A stretch of DNA of 58,744 nt, filler included, from Sphacelaria rigidula (lineage: Eukaryota): assembly GCA_964200075.2 (NCBI GenBank). It is 4 parts of 4 records of this genome, joined end to end, with 100 filler letters (N's around TTAATTAATTAA, not from the genome) between each part and the next. Parts side by side here need not be neighbours in the genome. Positions count along the whole stretch, not along the records: positions 1 to 14,615 come from CAXNAA020002144.1; 3 more parts are not named here. The stretch is one strand, 5' to 3'. The position numbers and the translations under genes were made by a program. Positions within the stretch are counted from its first letter, which is position 1. Each line of letters starts with the position of its first letter. The notes under the pieces are model-generated. The model was not told where the DNA came from. It saw only the letters and a list, made by a program, of their open reading frames with translations, and searched no databases. Positions 1-12,034 of the stretch are shown in pieces.

Positions 1-334
1 ATTGTAGGGATGCGAGGTTAATGGTATGATGACTATGGCATGCATGATCATGACTACACCCCCCCCCAGAGCATCCCAAAACTGTCACGATAAAATGGTC
101 ATACAGCGCTTGATATTTGGGTTCAGGCGGCATGAAGCGCCTCATATGGGCGATATTAGCGGAAACGGACCCAAGCCTGAGAATTCCCAGCTGCTCGTTG
201 TGCTCGCCTTTTTTCCATTTCGATTTACGTGTGGATTTTGCCCCCCCAAACCAGCCACTTTTTTTTTTTTGGGGGGGGGGGGTCATGGTAAAAAGTGTCT
301 GGGGAATATCATGTGGATGAAGAAGATTCGACTT

Positions 335-533
335 CACGGTCGAAGAGGGAAAGGGGGCCGCGTCACCTCCTCCCGATAAAAAAATGAGAAGGAAGGCGGA
401 TTGCTAGTACAAAACAAGTGAAAAAAGGGGGGGAAAGGGGGAAAAAAAGAGGAAAAAGAAAAACTCATGTGTTGACCTGTCTCCTGTGACCCCGGCTGAT
501 GCGCCCACATATACCGTAGGGTGTATATTGGCG
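335..533 (+). mobile_element. SINE body fragment (opposite orientation)
   Basis: Reverse complement of the same body (gaccccggctgatgcgcccacatatacc). Confidence 0.7.
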
Positions 534-911
534 TACAGAACGCAGAAGGCACACTGTGAGAGACCAATGCGACGGCAGGGGCGCACAGCACTTCTTCCGC
601 TAAATTCCGTCTGGTTCAGGGGCTCCTAACGAATATAGATGCACAAGAACATGGGTCAGGGCATCCCCGTTTGCGAATGAATTCGGGATATATCCCTAGC
701 ACATATGGGAATAGTAATCCTGCCGTACTCTCACACATTCCATAAGTCATGTTTTGAATGAGATACAGAGCTCCCAATGATCATGACCTCAGAAACTATC
801 TGTGCACCTCCACCGAAGCATCAGTCGAGAGGTGGCCCATATGTGAAGCGGCATCACTTTCACTCGAAGAAGAATTTGAAAATGATGCCGGTTCGAATGT
901 AGACCACCGCT

Positions 912-1270
912 CGCATTAAACCTTTTGACGGCGAGGATAGGTCATTTGCTGAATCAGCATCGGTTTCATTTGAAAAATCACTCCGTGATCAAAGATGACC
1001 TACCCTTCCGGCCGAAGACTTGAAGTGTTTAAATCCCTCGACAACCAAGGTGCATCATCTGCTCGAGTGTATTTTTCAAGTATAAGGTGACGGCGATTCA
1101 AGAGATGACCCACCACCCTGGCGGCCAAAGTGTCAAGGCTGCATGTGCCGACGTGTAAAGTTCCAGACTTTCGAGAATCTCGGACAGTCTATCTGGACCA
1201 GGCATGCTATTTTCAAACTGAAACTGATGCCGATTCAACATATGGCCCACTCTCGCCGTCCAAGTGTTCG
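912..1270. mobile_element. Degenerate piggyBac-like (TTAA) MITE; related end at about 48320-48378
   Basis: Left ttaaaccttttgacggcgaggataggtcatttgctgaatcagcatcggtttca is inverted against tgaaactgatgccgattcaacatatggcccactctcgccgtccaag. The 48320 copy ends caagggttaa. Confidence 0.5.
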
Positions 1271-1859
1271 AGGCACCTGCGGTAAAAATGTAAACATTTT
1301 CTCAGAAATAGGATTGTGTTCGTACTATTGATAGGGTAGTCCACACGTCTACTACACGTGTCCACGACCGCGACGGGACCATATCTCCCTCGCCATACTT
1401 CCGAGAATACCATGTATACCTCCGCTCCGTTCCAGGGATGTTCATGTCTCATGCATAGGTCAGGGAGTGTTCCTTTAGTAACGATAGTCTGCCCTCTAGG
1501 GTTAATGTCCATCCTGTCCCCGAAGTAATAGTCATACTCCAACGCGAGGTGGTGCATCTCCCGGCACCCCTCAAGATCACTTCTCCTCTCGACCCTCGGG
1601 TCTCTCACCACAAAAACGAGCTGTCTAGAACATCCCACGGCCGAGTCCATGGCTCCCGAGACTTACTCCTCCCACACCCAGGGGTAGTGGCCTCAATTAT
1701 GTGAAAAAAAAAAAAGAGTCAAGCTTGGGGACCGCGCCTCATGTGTCCCTTCGGAAGGAACAGAAGGTGCGGGCGCAATCGTCTCATTCGGCAACATATG
1801 ACGTCACTTTCATGCTGCAGGAAGTGGAATATGAGTACAGCACTCGCTAAGTAAGGGCG

Positions 1860-2150
1860 GACTTCCCCCCCTCCCCTGCTCATGTCCGGTTAGACACCCA
1901 TGAGGCAGTGTTAAACCTGTGGCTGTCTCTGGAAGTGGCGAAACCACAGAATAAAGCAACTCATTGTAGGCTGTTATCCAAATTCAAGATAATCAGTAGG
2001 CTTCGGGCCGAACGATCTTAGCAGGATGCAGCTCACCCNNNNNNNNNNTGGTCCGGCGGAAACCCAGCGCGCTCCGTCCCGGCACTGTAGGGATGCGAGG
2101 TCAATGGTATGATGACTATGGCATGCATGATCATGACTACACCCCTGCTC
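1860..2150 (-). mobile_element. Family A repeat fragment
   Basis: Contains tccggcggaaacccagcgcgctccgtcccggcactgtagggatgcgaggtcaatgg, which is shared with the other copies. Confidence 0.7.
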
Positions 2151-3545
2151 ATGTTCATTTGCTTCACAAATCTCAACACGAGTACATGGTTGCTACAGGT
2201 GATGAATTCAGGGCGTGTCTTCCGACACGAATACGCGATCGAAAAGGAATGACAGAAAATGAAATTTCGATCCGATAGGTCCACGTCATCAATGTTCTGA
2301 GATCGGGTTCAAATGTTGTATTCTTGCTCCTTCGGGTGCGACTGCACGGCAACAAAATGCCGAACCTTGGGGCCATGTCTTCTCAAGGACACTTTCGACG
2401 ATAGCCCCCCACCCCCCCCCAAAAAAGTGCCCCGTTTCAGCAGGCAACGTCTTCACGTAAATTTAAATGGAAGAAGACAAGCACAACCAGCTGCTGGGGG
2501 TCCGCCCGCTTGGGTTTGTTCTCGCCAATGTCGCCCATCTGAGGCGCGTCATGCAGCCTGAAGCCAAACATCAGGCGATGTGTGTCTACGTTTTCGTGAC
2601 ACTATTGGACTGGTGTTTTCGGGGGGGGGGGGGGGGGGGTTTGTGTAGAAAGTGTGCAAGAAAAGAAAAAGAGGGGAAAGAAAAAGGAGCCCACCCAACC
2701 CCGGCAGGTTGAACNNNNNNNNNNCAAAAAAAAACACAAAGGGAGTGTGGTTTCTATGTTTTTGAAAAAATTTATAATGGTTTTTTTGGGGGGGGGGGGG
2801 GGGGGGGGATATCGTAGAAAGTGTACAAGACAAGAGAAAGAGAGGAACGAAAAAGGAGTCCATCCAACCGCAGCATGTTGATCAGTCGCCACAACCAAGC
2901 ACGCGCCCGGCGACCATTTCACGTGTTGCTTTCGAACGCTTGTGTCGTTTCTTTCTTGTTCTATCTTTTTCATGATGAGGACTTCTCGTCGGCCGTGTCT
3001 TGTCATTTTGTTTTGCTATCGAAGGAACTAGTGCGCCGGCAAAAAAGAAGTCGTACCAGGCGGCCGGTAGCGCCGTTTCTCAGTCACTGCTCAGTGTTCT
3101 GTATCCCTGTGTTCGACTCGTGATAAACCTTGCGTCGACAGAAATCAGACGAATTCACGGCCAAAACGACTATCCAGGACGGTTCCACCAGGACTTGATT
3201 ACGACGTTCAGTTTACAACGGCGAATTCATTTTCAACAACATATCCACGACGGTTCCACTAAGATCTAGCCACGACGTTTAGTTCACAACTTCTAGGGGC
3301 GGGCAGTCCCAAGTACCCGACAGCTCATCTAAGGGACCCTTGCACCCCCGTTGACCCGAGGTCCTGGGTGCGACTTTGGGTTGGGTTTTGGGTAAAGTCA
3401 AGTGGACGGTGGGTACGAGAGCGGTGCCAAGTTCGGCGGTACCGATCATTGCCTGGTGACATGGATTCGTCCGGCGCCGCGAAAATATACACGAGAGTAT
3501 CCAAGTCCATGAATGGCAACGCACACTTTCGTGCATCATGTTGTA

Positions 3546-4313
3546 CGACTCTGATCCGGAAAATAGGTCCGCTCCCCACATTTTGCGGCATAACTTCTGC
3601 TGGGGACCGAATTTTTTCAAACCGTCTTTTTTTCTAGACTCGCTGCGTGTGCGGGCGGGCGTTTGCACGGGTATTTGCAAAAAAACTCACAGTCCCGCAC
3701 ACATACACCAGCGCACAGCAGCGGTACCCAGAGCTCGATAACTTCACAGTGGCGGTAGGAGATCTTCCCACGGCGTGAAGGGACATGTCTAGCGCTAAAC
3801 ATGGTGCCGAGAGCCTACAAATAAATCATCTCAACTCGGATGAGCGAAGGGCAGTGATACATGAGCTCCTACAAGGCAGCAACAACGTTGTTTTGCAGCA
3901 AGGCGCCTTCATGATAGTTGGATTTTGCAGCGGGACTTTGCTGCATTGGAAAACCGGGGATGATTTTGTGTCATCCCCTCGTCACCCCGGGGAACATGTT
4001 CTTGCATCCCCACTGTTCCAACAACATGTGCGTGCTTTTTAATGCTCCTGGAGAAGACCAACGGTCAATTTTAAAGCACGGCGGAACGGAGCAGATCAGA
4101 TATTTTCGCACTGTATACAGCAGAAACCCGGGGATGGGTTCCTGGTGTCCCCTGGTCACCTTGACATTTTTTCCCCCTCGAATCCCCTCCTGACACTACT
4201 TGGATGCATTTCCACGTGTATACAAGTACTGGGACGTCATGTACACGCATCAGTCCCCATCGGCCTTATATTTCGGATTTTCTGGAACGGCCCTATATTC
4301 CGTACCAGAGTGG
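3546..4313 (+). mobile_element. Non-autonomous Tc1/mariner derivative with a transposase 5' remnant
   Basis: TA-flanked imperfect TIRs (CGACTCTGATCCGGAAAATAGGTCCG versus CCACTCTGGTACGGAATATAGGGCCG). The ORF at 3785, MSSAKH...LNSDERRAVIHELLQGSNNVVLQQGAF, resembles the N-terminus of plant/oomycete-type mariner transposases. Confidence 0.65.
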
Positions 4314-4793
4314 TACAAGGTAGTCCCTTCACTGCAGGTCTTGTTTTTGTGTTCCGTCATACCTCCGACTCCCCCCCCCGTGTCCCCTTCCAGCAGTACA
4401 TAGTCTGACGGGATCAGCCCGTCTCTCCTACCATGCACGCTCTACATCTTGCTACCCGTATCACCTACTGAATCACCACTGCCGTACCGCGTCGACCTCG
4501 ACTCATGAAATAATTTTCTTAGATACCCACATCCCCACGTTTTCAACGGCAGATATCTGATAGCTTCCTCAAAAAAAAGAAAAAAGAGGAACATAAACAA
4601 GAAAAAATCTGACCGTACGTCTGACGGAATTCACACCCCTGAAAAACTCCTCCCACACCCTAGCTCGTCTCTGTGTTATTGCTCTTGATATTTATATCAC
4701 AAGGGGGGGGGGGGTGCGCGCGAACATTCCGAACGTTTGAACGTTGCACTGCTGAAGGTGCGAAGGTTTTGCCGAAGAAGATATTGTGCGTAC

Positions 4794-5027
4794 CTTCAAG
4801 CAGCCTTGCATGGCGTATCCTACGAGCGTGGCCCCGGCTCCGCCGAACAGAACTTGACCGCCCTCAGACCTGCAAATGCTTACTAGAGCATCCCACGTTC
4901 CGCGATACTCTCCCGGCTCCGCCGTTTGAATCCGCGTCTTGAGGACATCCAAGGGCACTGCAGCGGTATGTGACACGGCGGCGCAGATGCCGCCAGCGAC
5001 AAAATATGGCCAGTGGGAAGAGAGAGC
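4794..5027 (-). CDS. Mitochondrial carrier family (SLC25) exon, phosphate-carrier-like; gene partial
   Basis: 234-nt phase-0 exon bounded by TAG| and |GTACGC, encoding ALSSHWPYFVAGGICAAVSHTAAVPLDVLKTRIQTAEPGEYRGTWDALVSICRSEGGQVLFGGAGATLVGYAMQGCLK. It carries the Px[DE]xx[KR]xR signature (PLDVLKTR) and the 'GYxxQGxxK' motif typical of phosphate carriers. Downstream exons were not found in this scaffold. Confidence 0.88.
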
Positions 5028-6061
5028 CTAGCCAAAATAAGGGGATAAGGGGAGGGGGAGTGGGGGTACTCAATTGGTTGCTTGCCCTATTACGGGTAAA
5101 CATTATTATTAGGTGTGGGGGTATTACAAAGGTAGTATATGGGATTGGAGGGACGCTAGTAGGAAAAAATCACGAAATGGGCCTTGATTCCTCATGTGCA
5201 TTTTTTTTCATCGCTAGCTGCTGGCCGCGGGGATCTTGCGGTTTATCTGAGCTTTTGTTTGTTGAAATCGACCTATGAACGCTCGAGTTATGTCCCTTCA
5301 TGTATCCACTCGTGCTAACGGTGTTCCCCCGTAATATTCTAGTCATTTGGCACGCTACGCTTTACTCCTCGTCATAATGCCGACATGGTCGTTTGAGTTT
5401 TCACCTTTTGTTCCTCTTCAAGCGTTCCCTCTCGTCTGAGTGAATTCATCACACCATGGATAATGACGATAGATCCAACTGTCAAGAAGTGTACCGTGTA
5501 CAGCATTGACTATGGCGTCTACTGAAATAGAGCACAGATTCTATAATATGTGTAGTACATTTTTATAATATCATCTTAGACCGCTCCTCACAACAGACAG
5601 AATTCAAAATCTGGAAAAGTGCCCATTCATACCTTTTACATCGTTTTACACCCCAAAAGAAAGTTAGCCAGGCTGGACAAAAATTCTTGTTTGGTCAAAA
5701 TGAAAACCGCGGCCACCGGAAAATGGGAAAACGTCCTGGAACCGCCTCAACTACTAGAGCAAGTCATTCAGAGGTGTCGAACTCTGCCTGACTTTTTTGG
5801 GGGGCGTAAAACGACGAAAAAGCTACAAACAAGGCACTTTTCCAGATTTTAAATTTTGCCTGTTGTAAGGAGCGGCCTAATAGGTGTGAAATGTGTACAC
5901 GATATTTCAGTGACTACCATCGTTGAGTACGGATTGGCCCTGAAGAAAAGGTGCATTGCAGACTTGGGGTTGATGAACCGAATTGAAACCAGCGATGCAC
6001 GAGAACGGTGTGCTTGAGAAAATTCAAAATTGCAACGTTCGAAATCGGCAAGAGGAAGGAG

Positions 6062-6155
6062 GAAATATTCACGAATACAACACTGCCCAGCGCTGCTCCC
6101 AGAATCATGAAATATTGACAAATACAATACTGCCCAGCGCTGCTCCCAGCATCAA
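6062..6155. repeat. 47-bp tandem duplication (2 copies)
   Basis: gaaatatt(c/g)ac(g/a)aatacaa(c/t)actgcccagcgctgctcccag(a/c)atca repeated twice. Confidence 0.9.
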
Positions 6156-6197
6156 GTGTGGAGGACAAGCCCCCGGAATAAGCATTTTTTTCTTCAC

Positions 6198-6882
6198 CTG
6201 CCCTAATGGGGCCACCACTGCGACCACCGCAGCGGCAAAAGCTGTGCCCGTTGCTAGCCGACCGGGTACAAAGGAGTCGCCTGCCGTCGAGGTGCGCCGA
6301 TGGGAGTCTTCACCATTTCTAGCGGCGTGGTTCGCGTCGAGGTGATGTCGACTCAAGTGGGCATTGAAGAACGGGTGCGAGGTGTGGTGGCGACCAAGTG
6401 AGGGATGTTGACTTGGTGTAGCTGTGGGGATGGAATGACCAGCGCTGTTGCTGTGGTGATTCATTGTATCTCGGTACCCTCCGAAGTCCTGCTGTCGGCT
6501 TCGTGTCGTGATCGATGACCCGTCTTCGTCTGAGTACATGCTTCCCGTGTCCTCCGTTTCATAGGATGACGACGCCGTGTCGAAATAATCTTCCCTGCTG
6601 CTGCTCCCGCCATCGGATTCCAACATCGCGTCGTCCGAGCACAACCCCTCGTCTTGTGGGTTGTCGATGTTGTTATTGCTACGACCTACGGCGTGTGAAG
6701 ACACTTGGTACGCTGTGTCGGATGGAGATAACAGCCGACTACCCTGTCCGTCTTCTTGCCACTGCTGGTGCTGCATTCCTGCCGCGCTGTTGCATCGCGA
6801 TGGAGATGCGGAACTGCCGCATGTTGACGACTCGTTCCCGTCGAGAGGTTGCGGAAGATACTCCGCTGTAGTTTTGGAGCCA
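6198..6882 (-). CDS. Upstream exon of the carrier gene, encoding a long S/D/Q-rich N-terminal extension
   Basis: Part of ORF 6105..7316. It ends ...GTAFAAAVVAVVAPLGQ|GTGAAG (phase-0 donor at 6197), in phase with the 5027 acceptor. The 5' acceptor (GGCAG at 6883) is tentative. Confidence 0.6.
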
Positions 6883-7925
6883 CTGCCAGTAACATTCGTT
6901 TGCAGATGCGAGAAGAGAGGGGGGATGTGAACGGGTGGGGAGGGACAGAAAATACTGTACGGCGATATACCGTCTGTGCTTGTACAGGAGGACACATGAA
7001 GACAGCACAGCGGTTTACTGTGTTGTGCCATATACAGCAAAAAACGTTCGGTTGGCTGCGATACAGATACTGTACTGAGCTCCAAGGCGGGAATGCTGTC
7101 TTCGCGTCCCACCACAGACATTTGCGATGCCGGTAGCACCGACGACTCGTAATTTTTGCGCGAGTGCGATTCATTTATCATAATTATTGCTCGAGCGGAG
7201 CCCACTCGCCACCAGCCCCCGAACAGATAATAGTCGGGATTCTCCCGCTGGTTTGTCACGCCCCCACGCTCACGACAGGCACTTGCACGCGAGTGGTCAA
7301 ATATTAGGACTGACACAGGGAAGGGGACTCCAGAGAGATGCGTGTTCTTTCGGAGCGCTTGTTTGCTCGTTCAAAGTGGCAGGGCTCCGGTCCTCACCTG
7401 TGCCAACATGTGAAGTACTTCAATTAGGAACCAACCATCCTTCTACAGCAGGCAAACAAAGTAACCAGTACCTGTCGTCTGTACGTACAGAAGTGGTGCA
7501 CGTTGGCGAGCAGTAGTGGAGATTGTATTTCCCGACCACACGTGTTTCATCTGTTACAGTTGTTTTGCACACTTTACTTTACATCTTCAGTGAGCACTGT
7601 TCTGCTTGTTCACCTTGGGTACGTCCATAGATTCCGTGACCATCGCTAGGTCGCTCGGGGATCACTTAGATGCACCATCAATGGATTGACGATATTGATG
7701 AATCAGGCAATGTGCTCGCAAACCACCGTATCGTCACCTTGCTCAAAACACGACAATTTTCGGCACGATATACAACAGGCACGAACAACGGTATACATAC
7801 TCGTACTTTCTACTCAGTACAGTATACTATTTTAGAGCTGGTGGTGCAGGACGCGAAAAATCACACTGAAAATACCGGTGTGTTGAAGCCAACAGAACAT
7901 ATCGGTCCTTCTCCTGGCTCATCGC

Positions 7926-7978
7926 CCCCAAACACGAACAAACACCCCAAACACGAACAAACACCCCAAACACGAACC
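7926..7978. repeat. 19-bp minisatellite (ccccaaacacgaacaaaca, about 2.7 copies)
   Basis: Read directly from the sequence. Confidence 0.85.
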
Positions 7979-9448
7979 ATCACTGACACGAGTACAAACA
8001 ATATTCCCAGTCCTCGTGCATGGCACAAGTATGGAGTACTGAGAGCCGCATGCCGATGAGGAGGGCAGCGTTTTCTAGTGAGTGGACAGGCCGCAAACGA
8101 GCGAGAGTACGCTTTGGTCGACCCTCATCCCGTGTCTTGCCCGGATATTTCCAATGCCGAACCACCACACACAAACAAACGGCGCACAGGCGGACGGCGA
8201 ACGCATGGAGAATTTCCCAGCGGCGTGCGCTGTTACTGCTACTCACCGATGTTGCTGGTGCTGTGAGTGGGGGTTAGAATGCCTGGTGAGAGTCCCCTCC
8301 GTGACTAAGAAGCCATAAGATGCACACACGCTGACCGTTGTTGTGGCGACCCAGGCACAGCGGACACGACACCCGATGCTGCTTGGTTTATTACCGACCA
8401 TGATGACCAAAGCTAGCCTACCTATGGATACCCCTGAAAGATTGCGTGCGATGACCGAGGAGCGTGCGATGGTCGAGAGGGGGCGTGCAGCAAGCAGGGC
8501 CTTCCTCGTTGTAGTGCTCTAGAGTCAGTAACGCGTTGTAGAGGGGGCGTGATTCGTGCTTTGGCCAGCGTGTTTTGCCCTGCCACGCGACGCGGTGTAA
8601 TTTATAAGCGAATCCAAATGAGTCGAACATGCGCCCCATTCACCAGGTGTTGTTTGTGGAATATTGTTGATACGGATAATTTGATTTGATTGGTGGATAC
8701 TTCAGCCGCTAGAACATGCCGCAGTGTTTCGTCACGGTGTCGGCTTTGGTGGCGGTTCAATATGCAGGTTTTCCATAGTCCTCGACAAGGTGATGGGGGA
8801 GACTTGTTCTAAAGAGCGTGGAGTGCATTTTTCTATCGTCGGATCAGTAGCGATGGTTTCAAGAGTAGTGCAATACTTCTTTCATTTTGCAGTGGAAGTG
8901 CTAACGGGTACGCCAGCGCAGCTCCCCAAAGGCATATGTGCTATTGATAGAAGAGACCAGAGAAGAGACTTCCTGATATGATATTGGTTGCAGCTGTGCC
9001 GGTTCGCAGTTGAAGTTGAACCACAGCATCATCAGTACATCAGTACGTAGTACGCATGTACTATACTTAAAGAGTCCTGCCGGCCACAGGAATTATTTCC
9101 GGTTATGATTGTGTGGGATGATCGAGTGTACCTTGCTATAGGAAGACCAACGATCATGGACATTTTTTTTGAGCCAGTGTGTCTTGCCAATTAGTCTCCG
9201 AACTTTGGGATTCCAGAAATATGTGGAGGTGGAATAAATCACACCCTGGACAAGATAATAATACACAGTCAGAAAGTGTACTGCGTACAATATCGACTGT
9301 TGCGCCTATTACAACAGAATATAGACTCTCTACTATACGCAGTATATATTTTTACAATAGGATCCGTTGTCCAGGGTTTGGAATAAAGACGTCCACTGTT
9401 GTTGCTGTTGTTTTTGAAAAGTGGTACGGATACTCCTACTCCGTAGTA

Positions 9449-9798
9449 CAGTACCGGCCCGCTAGTAAGAAACGTGTTAGTAAGAAAATCAGCCTCAATT
9501 TTTAGACAAACTTAGTAAACGGCCCAGCCTCGGCATCTGCCGTAACTTAAGCAAGAGCAACCCTTCCCCTTGCGGCCCACCGTGCCCCTAGATATGTGGG
9601 GTACAGTATACAGTATATTCTTTCATTTTTCTGTACTACTGTAGTACACTGACTCTTTCGCTTTTAAGAAAATCATGCTCATTTTCCCAGGAACATAAGA
9701 AAGGAGCATTTAAGAAAAAATGATGCTCCCAGAAAAGTAAGAAACCCAGCCCCAGGCCGATTTTTCAGTTTCTTACTACTAGCGGGCCGGTACTACTG
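9449..9798. mobile_element. MITE with TA-CAGT termini
   Basis: Left end cagtaccggcccgctagtaagaaac; reverse complement of the right end cagtagtaccggcccgctagtagtaagaaac. TA on both flanks. Confidence 0.7.
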
Positions 9799-10324
9799 TA
9801 CTCACTATCGGTTGGTCTTTCGCGCGTTTGAATTTGAACCCGCGGACACAACATACGTAATACCTAGACGCTGCAACCGAAAGGCAAGACAGCAGAGAGG
9901 CGTGGTGGACCACATAGCACCAGTCATGAGTGAGATCCAAATCGTGAGCAACCCGTGGTATACGCAAAATGGTGCCTCGAAACGCCGAAGGCCCACCTCA
10001 CTTCAAAGCCTACCCCAGACCCTTTGGACACTTTTTTTTTATTTTGCTCCGGAACCCACGTGAGGGAGGATCCGCCGCTCTCACGCAACTGGCGCCGTGG
10101 GTATACCGCTCACCGCTCACCGTACGTGTGATACTTTGGTAGGGGTGGGATATAGCAAGATGGCTATACGTAAAGTACCCAAGGTAAAAAAAATGTGATT
10201 CTGCGAAGGATGAGATACCTCTCACTGATGAGTCGAGGCTCGACAGGCTTGTTACTTTTGCTGCCCGTATATTATTGTTGAGGTAGTATCCTGCCCCATG
10301 TGAGGCCGCCTCCTGAAATAAATA

Positions 10325-10852
10325 ATTCCTCTGTCCCATAAGTAAAGGTACCAAAATTTGTACGGATCCTCAACGATGTCCGATCGTTTTTTTTTTTAAT
10401 GAACTCTACCGTGTTTATTGGGTCAAGAAAATGTGTTTGAAATTTGCAGCTCGTGCTTGAACCATGCCGCCGAACGACTGCACGAACAGTAGTCGGCTCC
10501 AAAATGGCCGTTTTTTGCCCCTTTCCGAGGGGAAAAAAAGTGTCGAAAATTTTCTTTGATTTTTTTAATCGTGAGAGACTCTCTGGCAGCCTCAGTGAAG
10601 GCGGGGGCGATTAAAAAAACTTGAAAAAAAAATCGACACTTTTTTTCCCCTCGGAAAGGGGCAAAAAACAGCCATTTTTGGGCCGACTACTTTTTTTGCA
10701 GCCGTTCGGCGGCATGGTTCAAGCGCGAGCTGCGAATATTAAACACATTTTCTTAACACCAAAAACAACATAGAATTAATATAAAAAAAACTATCGGACA
10801 TCGTCGAGGGCCCGTACAAAATTAGGCACCTTTACTTATGGGATAGAAGAAG
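10325..10852. mobile_element. Stowaway-like palindromic MITE (about 245-bp arms)
   Basis: TA-flanked, with TIR (C/A)TTC(C/T)TCT(G/A)TCCCATAAGTAAAGGT. Arms 10325-10571 and about 10608-10852 are imperfect reverse complements along their whole length. Confidence 0.85.
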
Positions 10853-10925
10853 TAGTACCTTATTAGTGTTGGGTGTTATCATCCCATATATTATTCTGCA
10901 TGTGTGACGCCATTCATCATTTCGC

Positions 10926-11123
10926 CACAGACACCAGTCTACACCCTTTCTTTGGTATATGTGGGCGCACCAGCCGGGGTCACAGAGGAGGGAGGTCAAC
11001 ACGTGTTTTTTTTTTTGTTCTAGTACCTCACCCTCTTTTTGCGGTGCTTACCTTCATTTTTTATCGCGAGAGGGCTTCAGCAGTACCTTTCCCTCGTCGA
11101 CCGTTAAGTCAAATTTTGTGCAG
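10926..11123 (-). mobile_element. SINE body fragment
   Basis: ctacaccctttctttggtatatgtgggcgcaccagccggggtcacagaggagggaggtc...cctcgtcgaccgttaagtc matches the full copies. Confidence 0.75.
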
Positions 11124-11245
11124 GGTGAACAACAACAAGACAAAAATCTGGAACTGTCTTCTTCGGGGACCTTCTGCGTCGTTGTACGCCCTAAAAAAAA
11201 AGGGTAGACGGATTATGACAACTTGGAATTTTACCTGCTCTACTC

Positions 11246-11765
11246 ATTGAGACGATTTAGGATACCTCTGCGTTTTCCGGTAGCCGCAGTTTCTCTCGGG
11301 GCCAGAATTGCATTCTCGTCCAAGGACCGCCAAGTCTAGAGAAAAACTGGCAGTTTCTTCATAATAATAGGTTTGACCCTTGTTGACCGTTCTCGGACAA
11401 AATGCAACTTTGACCAAAAAAACAATTGCGGCTACCGGAAATCCCAGAGGCATCCAGAAACCGTCTCAACAAGGAGAGAGCAAGTCATTCCAAGGTATCG
11501 AGAGAGTAGTCGTGTCCTCCCTCAAGGGCGTAAAACGGTACAGAAGGTCCAAATGCGCAGATTTCCAACATTTATTTTTGTTTGCCAGAAGAAGGGCAGC
11601 CTCGTTTCTCGCGATTCGTATTTTTTTGGGCTCGAATTTTCTATTTTCCACTTTTGAAATATACCTGCAGAGACCGCATCTTGCATTTCTCAGCTGTACC
11701 AAGGGTCTGTCAAAAAATATTTCTGGACACGTAGGCCCCAAGATCGCAAGTTCGAGTTTTTGAAG
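11246..11765. repeat. Dispersed DNA-transposon-like repeat with an internal inverted repeat; related copy at about 5670-5850
   Basis: 11246-11295 is inverted against 11422-11470. The segment gcggctaccggaaa...gagcaagtcattc...gggcgtaaaacg recurs at 5708-5815. Confidence 0.55.
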
Positions 11766-12034
11766 GGGAGGGGGATAAGGGGGGGAGTGGGAAACACCCA
11801 GCCTGCTGTTTCCTAGTTTATTGCCGAGGCGTTGGCGGATATGCGGTCAGCTGCCGTGTACGGAGATCCTCGGCATGGAGACCGCTGAGATGACGGACAC
11901 ATCTCCACTCCAAGCTCATCACCTACGATGATTACATTTTTTATGGGATCATGTTCCGTGTCGTGTGCCTCGACGTCTGACCACTAGTAGTCCGGGCAAA
12001 TTTGGCGAGGCGTGAGATAATGTCGCTACTTTAG

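Noticed and set aside
6062..6155. CRISPR-like repeat
   Set aside because: Two adjacent copies with no spacer, in a eukaryotic intron; a simple tandem duplication.
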